From IMG/VR virus record IMGVR_UViG_2802429226_000004, positions 1 to 38,116 of that record: a stretch of DNA of 38,116 nucleotides; one strand, written 5' to 3'. The stretch's first letter is position 1. Every line of letters begins with the position of its first letter. The stretch is from a virus. Lineage: Duplodnaviria > Heunggongvirae > Uroviricota > Caudoviricetes. The notes beneath the pieces are model-generated. The model was given only the letters and a program-made list of their open reading frames with translations, was not told where the DNA came from and searched no databases. The position numbers and the translations under genes were made by a program. Positions 24,626-32,394 of the stretch are shown piece after piece.

Positions 24626-27138
24626 TGCCAGTCGTACCAACAGTATCCGGACGTCAGGTTGAGAGCCGTGGAGTTCAGTCAGCAGGCTTGCAGACGTTTT
24701 CTCAGCCAGGTATTGGTGATGCTTTTGTTCTGGCAGGGGAAGAGGCAATTGATGTTTTTGGGCAGGCAAAACAGCGTGCCAATATTGCCTTGGCTCAGGA
24801 GGCATCTCTTAACCTCAGTCAGATAAGCAGTGATTTGCTGAATAATCCTGAAACAGGATTGCTTAACCTGAAAGGGAAAAATGCTATTGGAAAAGGCCAT
24901 GAGTATACGCAGCAGTTTGATGCTCAGGTCGAACAATTGGCTATGTCGCTGCCGGATGAACAGGCTCGTAATGCTTTCATGCAGCAGGCGCAGCAGCAGC
25001 GCATTCAGTTCACTACGCAGGCCGGGCGGCACGAGATAGGGCAAATAAATGCCTACGAAGAAGGCCAGTTTCAGGCGACGCTGCTGAACAATGGTAAAAA
25101 TGCCGCAGCATTGTATGGCGACAACGCCGCATACGTATTGGCTAATAAGCAAACTTTCCAGCAAATTGAGGATTACGGTGTTGCACATGGCTGGAGCAAC
25201 GAGCAAATCCATGCCAAGAAAATCGAGTTTAAAGAGAAGGTTGCTGATGCTGCATTGTCCCAGTGGTCGGCAAACAATGCGACCGCATTCATCCAAAGTA
25301 ATGGCGAGTTAAGTGATACTGCTGCTGGAGCTCGCCGTGCTGTAGCAGATAGTGACTCTTCCGAGCGTGCCCGTGGCATACGCAACAATAACCCAGGAAA
25401 TCTCGAATACAGCAAAACTAATCCGTGGGTAGGCCAGACCGGTGATGATGGTCGATTTGCTAAATTCGAAACACCTGAACACGGGATTCGTGCATTAGGG
25501 CGGAACCTGATGTCGTATCAGAGGCAGGGTATTGATACCGTCAGCGAGATAATTAATCGCTGGGCACCGCCTGCTGATAAAAATGACACTATGTCGTATA
25601 TCAAAGCAGTGTGCGAACAACTTGGCGTTTCTGCTGATGAGCCTCTCGATGCATCTAATCCTGATACCCTGAAGGCGCTTTGTGCAGCCATTATCCATCA
25701 TGAGAACGGTAGCCAGCCATACAGTGATCAGCAGTTAACTGCTGGTGTCAGTGCAGCACTTGGTTTATCAACAATTCCAACCAACACCAAACGCTATACC
25801 GGTAATGCAGCATTCGATGCGGCATCTCCTGAGGCGCAGGCAAGTTTTATGCGACAGGCGGATCAACTGCGTCGGCAGCAGCAGGCTGAATATAAAACGA
25901 TGATTGACAGCCAGGTTCGCGATGCGACAGCTGCGTATATGCGTGGCGTTGAATTTCCTAACCCACCTGGTGAGGCTGATTTTATTGCAGCTTATGGAGT
26001 AAGAGAAGGAAACCTGCGATATACCGAGTTCAGAAATACGCAAATCGCCGGACAGTATATAGGCTCTTTCCGCAACATGCCGACAAGCAGCATTACAGCA
26101 TATGTTGAGCAATTACGCCCGGATACTGGTGAGACAGGGGAGGGTTATGCGGCACGAGCCGCTCTTTATGACAACGTTGTGTCGGCTGCAAGTCAGGTGA
26201 TAAAGCAGCGACAGGCTGATCCTGTACAGTTCTCTCTTGCCGCCGGACAGGCAAAGCCTATCGACATGAGCAATAAGGATAACTTTGGACAGAGCGTTGC
26301 CTTGCGTGCTGCTCAGGTCAGTGACCTTGCTAAGTCATATGGCACTCCACTGACGTTCTTTTCCAAAGACGAGGCCAATCAGATCGGTGTTTTCTTTCGT
26401 GATGCGCCCGTTTCCCAACAGGCAGCATATCTCGATACCATCAGGCAGAGCACTGGTGGTGGGCAGGTGTATATGTCAGCACTACAGCAGATCAGTGCCA
26501 ACGCTCCATCTGCTGCCGTTGCCGGGATACTGATGGATAAGCCAGGTGGTATTTTGGCAGAAAAAAACTGGTTTAATCCGGATGTTTCCGTGTCTCCAGA
26601 AACCGCTGCGCAGACAATTCTTGCTGGCGCGGCGGCTCGTAAAGGTACTGATGACGCGAAAGGTATTCCGATGCCTAAAGATGCTGATCTTCGCCTTGAG
26701 TTTTCTGACATGGTGAAGAATGCATTTGCTGGTGATGCTCAGGGGGCATCAATGGCATACGAGATCGCAAAGGACTATTACGCTGGTGTGATGGCGAAAA
26801 AAGGCGTGGTATCAGGCGAAATTGACAATGATATCTGGAAACAGGCTGTTAACGTAGCTACAGGTGGCGTGCATGACTATAACGGAATGGGGAATGTTCT
26901 TTTGCCGTGGGGAATGTCTGCAGAGCAATTCGATAAGCAGGTTAATCAGGCTTGGAATGAACAAGTTGTTGGCACAGGGATAAAAACACCGCCTGGTCAG
27001 TATGGTTTGCAAAGTTACGGCGATAGTCAGTACCTGGTGAAACTTGGTACTGGTTATCTGCTAAAAGATGATGGTTCTCCCGTTGTTCTTGATCTGACAC
27101 AGAAGCGTCAGAGATTCTCCGGAGATATTCCGCAATGA
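24625..27138 (+). CDS. internal virion / ejection protein (gp15 position) with a conserved NNPGN...WAPP segment
   Basis: 837 aa from ATG 24625 (GGAGG RBS, TAATG overlap); contains RNNNPGNLEY...GIRALGRNL...IINRWAPP. Confidence 0.6.
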   Translation: MPVVPTVSGRQVESRGVQSAGLQTFSQPGIGDAFVLAGEEAIDVFGQAKQRANIALAQEASLNLSQISSDLLNNPETGLLNLKGKNAIGKGHEYTQQFDAQVEQLAMSLPDEQARNAFMQQAQQQRIQFTTQAGRHEIGQINAYEEGQFQATLLNNGKNAAALYGDNAAYVLANKQTFQQIEDYGVAHGWSNEQIHAKKIEFKEKVADAALSQWSANNATAFIQSNGELSDTAAGARRAVADSDSSERARGIRNNNPGNLEYSKTNPWVGQTGDDGRFAKFETPEHGIRALGRNLMSYQRQGIDTVSEIINRWAPPADKNDTMSYIKAVCEQLGVSADEPLDASNPDTLKALCAAIIHHENGSQPYSDQQLTAGVSAALGLSTIPTNTKRYTGNAAFDAASPEAQASFMRQADQLRRQQQAEYKTMIDSQVRDATAAYMRGVEFPNPPGEADFIAAYGVREGNLRYTEFRNTQIAGQYIGSFRNMPTSSITAYVEQLRPDTGETGEGYAARAALYDNVVSAASQVIKQRQADPVQFSLAAGQAKPIDMSNKDNFGQSVALRAAQVSDLAKSYGTPLTFFSKDEANQIGVFFRDAPVSQQAAYLDTIRQSTGGGQVYMSALQQISANAPSAAVAGILMDKPGGILAEKNWFNPDVSVSPETAAQTILAGAAARKGTDDAKGIPMPKDADLRLEFSDMVKNAFAGDAQGASMAYEIAKDYYAGVMAKKGVVSGEIDNDIWKQAVNVATGGVHDYNGMGNVLLPWGMSAEQFDKQVNQAWNEQVVGTGIKTPPGQYGLQSYGDSQYLVKLGTGYLLKDDGSPVVLDLTQKRQRFSGDIPQ

Positions 27139-28937
27139 GTTACTTTGGCCTTAATCCAGTAAACCAGAATCAGCAGCTTGACGAAGCAGCATCAAATCCA
27201 GTTGGCTTTAACAGCGATGTTGGTTTTTTCGACAATGCTGTAGGAGCGGCATTGTCTGGTTTGTACTCCGGGCTGGTGGCAAAGCCAGATCAGTTGCTAT
27301 GGGCAGGGATGGATAAAATCGTATCCCCGATTGCTCAGCTTGTTAACGAAAACACCTCGCTCAATGACACTTCAGTTTCATACATTGCTGAGCAGAGAAA
27401 ACTAGCAGAGCAGCAGGTTAAGCGGCTGACGCCTGATGCCGCGACAACCGGAACCGCCGGGCAGGTCCTTTATGGGTTGTTCGATATGGGCGGGCAGGCT
27501 GTTGTCGGTACAACGCTCGGTGGTCCGGTCGGAGGTGCTGCGGCGGTAACTTCTCTACAGGGTTTTTCTGAGTTTGAACGGTTGACAGCACAGGGTGTTG
27601 ATTTCAGGACGGCGCAGGAAGCGGGATTAGTGCAGGGTATTACTGCTGGTGCCGGAACACTGATCCCTATGAGCCTCGGGTTACGTGCTGGTGGTGCGCT
27701 GGCGGAAGGTGTGGCGGCTCAGCTTGCGCGGACGGGTGAAAGTTCAGTGCGACGCGCCGCAGCAACAGCAGTACGTGCAACGCCAGATATTGCCTATGCC
27801 GCAGGTACAAATATTGCGTTCGGTATGGCACAGCGTGGGCTTACTGCAAAAACGCTTCGTGATGGTGGCTATAGCGAAATGGCTAACCAGTATGATGTGT
27901 TGGATCGACAGGCAATTGCTATTGATGCTGTTCTTGGGGTGGCGTTTGGTGGTGTCGGCAGATTTATTAACTCTCGCGGCGAGTCTACAAGCGCACCAAA
28001 TTTTTCACCAGTTGATATTGATGCTGCACTGGCGGCGAATGCCGCTCATCATGCTGAAATTGATATTGCTCCCGGCGTTCCGATCAACGTGCTTTCGCGT
28101 AATTCGCACATTCAGGCTCTGCGAAAAGCCATGTCTGATGTTAGCCAGGGGAGACCTGTAGACGTTGCCAGCATTGTTGAGTCTGCATCTTTCAGTGAAA
28201 TTCCTGGGCGCAAGAGTCTGCTGTCTCAGGCAGTTAATGAGGCTCTGTCATCTGTAGATGATGGAGTAACGGCGCGCGCTATAGAAAATCGGTTGCTTGA
28301 AGAACAGGCCGCGCAGCTTTTGTCGCGTGGCGATAGAAAGGTTTACCAGTCTGAAATCGCTAATAGCCAACGAATTATTGAAAATCTCACTGAACAGCGC
28401 GCACAAATTCTTGCAGAAGAGCCAACCGGTAGCGGTAAGGCTTTATCTCGTGCTAGATCAGATAAACAGGCCAGACTTCGCGATATTGACCAACGAATCC
28501 GGCAGGCACAAGAACGCCTGGAATTTTCTCGTAACGCGTTGGCGCCGCACGAGCCTGGAGGTCAGTTTTTTGAAGCTCGAGCAGAACTGGCACGACGACA
28601 GCAGGCAGAAAGTGAACTTAATGCTCAGGCTGTTTCATTCTATAAAACAGCAGAGGTCAGGACGCCAGAAGAAGTAGCTCCTTTTGAGCCCGGTAAGATA
28701 TTGCAACAGACAGAACAAAAAATGATGGCAGATCCGGCAGGAGATATTGATCTGCGTATAGCTGAAGACTCGCTGCTTGAATCACCTGACATGATAATCA
28801 CCGTGCTGGATGATGATGGTAATCCACAATCGCGCAGTGCGCGTGAAGTACTGGATGAAGCGAACAGGGAAAGTGAGCAGGCAATACAGGATTCCAGCCT
28901 GTTTGATGTTGCTGTGGCGTGTTTCTTGAGAGGTTAA
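27135..28937 (+). CDS. internal virion / ejection protein
   Basis: 600 aa, Ala/Gly-rich with long helical C-half; ATGA overlap with the upstream gene. Confidence 0.6.
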   Translation: MSYFGLNPVNQNQQLDEAASNPVGFNSDVGFFDNAVGAALSGLYSGLVAKPDQLLWAGMDKIVSPIAQLVNENTSLNDTSVSYIAEQRKLAEQQVKRLTPDAATTGTAGQVLYGLFDMGGQAVVGTTLGGPVGGAAAVTSLQGFSEFERLTAQGVDFRTAQEAGLVQGITAGAGTLIPMSLGLRAGGALAEGVAAQLARTGESSVRRAAATAVRATPDIAYAAGTNIAFGMAQRGLTAKTLRDGGYSEMANQYDVLDRQAIAIDAVLGVAFGGVGRFINSRGESTSAPNFSPVDIDAALAANAAHHAEIDIAPGVPINVLSRNSHIQALRKAMSDVSQGRPVDVASIVESASFSEIPGRKSLLSQAVNEALSSVDDGVTARAIENRLLEEQAAQLLSRGDRKVYQSEIANSQRIIENLTEQRAQILAEEPTGSGKALSRARSDKQARLRDIDQRIRQAQERLEFSRNALAPHEPGGQFFEARAELARRQQAESELNAQAVSFYKTAEVRTPEEVAPFEPGKILQQTEQKMMADPAGDIDLRIAEDSLLESPDMIITVLDDDGNPQSRSAREVLDEANRESEQAIQDSSLFDVAVACFLRG

Positions 28938-28942
28938 ATTAA

Positions 28943-31417
28943 ATGAGACAGGAATGTATACAAGCGGTCCAGCAGGCGGCGCAGCGCACGTTAACGGCGC
29001 GAGAAATACAGAACATTGAAGACCGCATTTATCGAAATATGCGCTCCATTGCTCGTGATGACCCGATGTCGTGGCGACAACTTTCCGAATCAGAGCGGCT
29101 GTATCGTGCAGCACAATTGGCATCTGAAGAATTACAGCGAGAAGCGGCATTAAAGAAACGTCGTGTGGCCCTCACTATAGCCGCACGTCAGAGATTGGAT
29201 AAATTTATCAATAGCTATCAAGGGGCTGATGGGAAACTTGGCGCTCTTAACCGTACTATTGCTTTTAATGCAGACGGTAAATCGAATTTCCTCTCTGTTG
29301 AATCCAGAACAAAAGCCACCCGTGATTATGCATTGAGTCAATTGCAGGAGGCATTCGAAGCAGTTGATCCTCGCTTTTTTGGTCTGTTTGAAGATGAAGC
29401 GGGCGTACGTGACCTGGTATATGAAATGCGGGGGCAAAATACTGGCAATGCTAAAGCAAGAAAAGGTGCTAAGGCGTGGAGAGAAGTGACAGAGCTACTG
29501 CGCCGCCGGTTTAATGATGCTGGTGGGGACATTGGCTATCTCGAAAACTGGGGGATCCCTCAACATCATTCTATGGAAAAGGTTGGGGCGGTATCAAAAG
29601 ATAAATGGGTTAGCGATGTTATAGGTAAGCTGGATCGCAAATATTATACCCGAGCCGATGGACAACTGATGAACGATGCCGAGTTGTCTGCATTTCTTGG
29701 AGAGGCTTATAACACGATCGCTACTGGTGGGCTGAATAAGCTTACTGATACCGGAATGCGAATTTCCGGCGCACGTGCTAACCGTGGTAATGCATCACGA
29801 CAGATACATTTCAAAGATGCAGATTCCTATCTGCAATATCAGCAACTTTATGGCGATCGCTCTCTATGGGAAATCATGGTCGGTCACCTGGAAGGTATCA
29901 GTAAAGATATTGCACTGGTGGAAACATATGGTCCAAACCCCGATCATGTTTTCCGCTCTCTTCTTGATCAGGTGAAGGCAGAAACGGCAACAGCTAACCC
30001 GAGTAAAACCGGTAAAGTCGAGCGGCTGGCGAACAACACAGAGAATCTGTACAACTTTATTTCCGGAAAGACACAGCCTGTAGCGAATCCGCACATCGCG
30101 CGATGGTCTGACAATATCCGCAACTGGCTGGTTGCCAGCAGACTCGGATCCGCGTTGCTGTCATCGTTCTCTGATCTTGGAACCATGTATCTGTCTGCGA
30201 AGGTTACCAACCTTCCAATGAACCAGTTATTCCGCAACCAGCTTGAAGCTATGGACCCAACGAACCGTACAGAACTTGCGCGGGCGCGCCGCGCTGGTCT
30301 GGCGATGGAATCTCTACTTGGCAGCGTTAACCGCTGGGCGATGGATAATATGGGGCCGTCTGTGTCTCGTTGGGCTGCAACGGCGGTAATGCGTGCCAGT
30401 GGGCTTACAGCATGGTCAGATGCGCACAAGCGCGCCTATGGCGTAACCATGATGGGAAGCCTGGGAGAAGTAGTGTCACGGACACCAGACCTTCGTCGCC
30501 TCGATGACTCTGATTTTCGTATCCTGAAAAGCAAAGGGATTACTGACACAGACTGGAGCGTATGGAAGTTGGCGCAACAGGAGGACTGGGGGAACGGTAA
30601 TAATACGATGCTGACACCGGAAAGCATTATGCGTATCCCTGATTCAGCAGTTAAACATCTTGGTGAGCCTGAACGCGTGAAATTTGAGGCAATGCGTAAA
30701 CTGCTCGGTGCCGTAACTGAAGAAGTTGATATGGCTGTTATTACACCGGGAGCACGTGAGCAACTGATAACCGGTTCTGGTATTCAGCGTGGAACATGGA
30801 AAGGTGAATTAACGAGAAGTGTTTTCCTGTTTAAATCGTTCCCTATCTCGGTTGTTATGCGTCACTGGTCACGCGCTATGGGTATGCCGTCTGCTGGTGG
30901 GCGTGCGGCATATATTGCGACGTTTATTGCCAGTACGACCATTCTTGGCGCTTTGTCGCAACAACTTAACGACCTTGCGTCTGGTCGTAATCCTCGAGAG
31001 ATGACAGGAGAAGATGCCGCAAAATTCTGGCTTGGTGCTCTACTGAAAGGTGGTGGTCTTGGCCTTTACGGTGACTTTTTATTGTCAGATCACACTAGGT
31101 ACGGAAGCGGCGCGCTGGCGTCGATGCTTGGCCCGGTAGCTGGTCTAGTTGATGACGTAGTGAAGATTGCTCAGGGCATACCGTTAAATGCTGTGGAAGG
31201 GAAGAGTGAGCAGACTGGTGGTGATCTGGTGAAGCTGGGGAAAGGTTTGATGCCTGGTGCGAATCTCTGGTACTTGAAGGCGGCTCTCGATCACATGATC
31301 TTTAACCAGATGCAGGAGTATTTTTCACCAGGCTATTTGCGTAAAATGGAGCAACGTTCGAAGAAAGAGTTTAACCAGACATACTGGTGGCGACCTCAGG
31401 ATGTCACTCCGCAATAA
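28943..31417 (+). CDS. large internal virion / ejection protein (gp16 position)
   Basis: 824-aa ORF, last of the large ejection-protein series before the tailspike region. Confidence 0.6.
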   Translation: MRQECIQAVQQAAQRTLTAREIQNIEDRIYRNMRSIARDDPMSWRQLSESERLYRAAQLASEELQREAALKKRRVALTIAARQRLDKFINSYQGADGKLGALNRTIAFNADGKSNFLSVESRTKATRDYALSQLQEAFEAVDPRFFGLFEDEAGVRDLVYEMRGQNTGNAKARKGAKAWREVTELLRRRFNDAGGDIGYLENWGIPQHHSMEKVGAVSKDKWVSDVIGKLDRKYYTRADGQLMNDAELSAFLGEAYNTIATGGLNKLTDTGMRISGARANRGNASRQIHFKDADSYLQYQQLYGDRSLWEIMVGHLEGISKDIALVETYGPNPDHVFRSLLDQVKAETATANPSKTGKVERLANNTENLYNFISGKTQPVANPHIARWSDNIRNWLVASRLGSALLSSFSDLGTMYLSAKVTNLPMNQLFRNQLEAMDPTNRTELARARRAGLAMESLLGSVNRWAMDNMGPSVSRWAATAVMRASGLTAWSDAHKRAYGVTMMGSLGEVVSRTPDLRRLDDSDFRILKSKGITDTDWSVWKLAQQEDWGNGNNTMLTPESIMRIPDSAVKHLGEPERVKFEAMRKLLGAVTEEVDMAVITPGAREQLITGSGIQRGTWKGELTRSVFLFKSFPISVVMRHWSRAMGMPSAGGRAAYIATFIASTTILGALSQQLNDLASGRNPREMTGEDAAKFWLGALLKGGGLGLYGDFLLSDHTRYGSGALASMLGPVAGLVDDVVKIAQGIPLNAVEGKSEQTGGDLVKLGKGLMPGANLWYLKAALDHMIFNQMQEYFSPGYLRKMEQRSKKEFNQTYWWRPQDVTPQ

Positions 31418-31426
31418 GGAAGTGTT

Positions 31427-31600
31427 GTGTTTTTAATTATTTTGAGTGTGATAATTTCTGGTGTATTGTTATTTATTGACCGCTACAAATATTTTCTTAA
31501 CCCTCAGACTCAAGCTATTTGCTGGTTCATCTTTGTTGTGCAGGGAGTAGTTCTTGTTGCAAGCCTTATTGAGGGGAGGCCTCTTATTTTTACTGGGTAA
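31427..31600 (+). CDS. small hydrophobic membrane peptide (57 aa, GTG start)
   Basis: Hand-translated VFLIILSVIISGVLLFIDRYKYFLNPQTQAICWFIFVVQGVVLVASLIEGRPLIFTG with two predicted TM segments; AAGGA 6 nt upstream; AT-rich; not in the ORF track. Confidence 0.4.
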   Translation: MFLIILSVIISGVLLFIDRYKYFLNPQTQAICWFIFVVQGVVLVASLIEGRPLIFTG

Positions 31601-31612
31601 ATAGGTGACTAC

Positions 31613-31909
31613 ATGCAAGCTATAGGATTCATTGTTTATATCGTCGTTGGTCTTTTTCAGTTGGCAGCAATTATGGCTGGGCTTGAATCATGGTGGGGAT
31701 TGCACTGGATAATTGCAGCCCCCATTGCTTTCATCGTGAGCTATATTCCATTTGTTGGAGCGATTGTTGGTATGGTTGGCGCTGTGGATGTATGGCGGTG
31801 GGAGTGGTGGCAGGCTGGCCTTCTCTTCTTTGGTGGGATCATCTTTGCTATTGTCTGCGGTGGAATGTCATCATTTTTCGAATGGCTATCATTCAGAAAA
31901 GGTACGTGA
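31613..31909 (+). CDS. small integral membrane protein (98 aa, Trp-rich)
   Basis: AGGTGA RBS; three hydrophobic segments (..IVYIVVGLFQLAAIMAGL.., ..IIAAPIAFIVSYIPFVGAIVGMVGAV.., ..LLFFGGIIFAIVCGG..); followed by palindrome and terminator. Confidence 0.55.
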   Translation: MQAIGFIVYIVVGLFQLAAIMAGLESWWGLHWIIAAPIAFIVSYIPFVGAIVGMVGAVDVWRWEWWQAGLLFFGGIIFAIVCGGMSSFFEWLSFRKGT

Positions 31910-31917
31910 CATGTCAC

Positions 31918-31944
31918 AGGCCGCTTTCGCGGCCTTTTCTTTAT
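31918..31944 (+). terminator. rho-independent terminator after the membrane protein genes
   Basis: AGGCCGC-TTTC-GCGGCCT hairpin followed by TTTCTTTAT. Confidence 0.65.
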
Positions 31945-32213
31945 GTGGTTTGTTTTCGTAATTGTTCGGCACAATAGTCGAGATGTGTTTGCAGATCCTG
32001 CATAGACATCTGTGAGCTGGTGACGTAGTTAATCAGTGCAGTCAGTTCGGCAAGTGGGCCATCGACATTAAATCCATCCTTATCGAGATCCCGGAGTAAT
32101 TTCATCAAGTGCGATCCCTCCACCAGTGACCTGACGCCTCCCGGCGTGTGAATCCTTTCGGTAAATCCGTCTTCCAGTGGATAGTGATACTGCTGCATCT
32201 TAATCTTCTCCAT
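31941..32213 (-). CDS. hypothetical protein (90 aa), reverse-strand moron
   Basis: Minus-strand ORF with its own upstream intergenic region; no family recognised. Confidence 0.5.
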   Translation of the reverse strand: MEKIKMQQYHYPLEDGFTERIHTPGGVRSLVEGSHLMKLLRDLDKDGFNVDGPLAELTALINYVTSSQMSMQDLQTHLDYCAEQLRKQTT

Positions 32214-32274
32214 GCAATAACTGTATATTTATACAGTAGCAAATAATTTGTTTGCTATCCAGCACGTTTTGCAA

Positions 32275-32341
32275 ATTACCTGAAAGGTAATATCTATTCA
32301 TATTCACAGTCTTTCTATCCATATGTGGTTTTTCAGGTAAT
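32275..32341 (+). promoter_or_regulatory. tailspike control region: operator-like 17-mer plus ATATGTGGTT-N5-GGTAAT element
   Basis: ATTACCTGAAAGGTAAT at 32275-32291; ATATGTGGTT at 32321-32330; GGTAAT at 32336-32341. Confidence 0.4.
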
Positions 32342-32394
32342 AGAATAACCAGATATGCGGCGCAACGGGTGCTGCGACTATCTGGAGATTTAAC

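Noticed and set aside
24679-25296. 205-aa minus-strand ORF inside the 837-aa ejection protein gene (similar shadow ORFs at 29968-30429 and 13032-13538)
   Set aside because: Antisense to strong plus-strand genes in a tightly coupled operon; compositionally odd translations; typical of open antisense frames in GC-moderate coding DNA.
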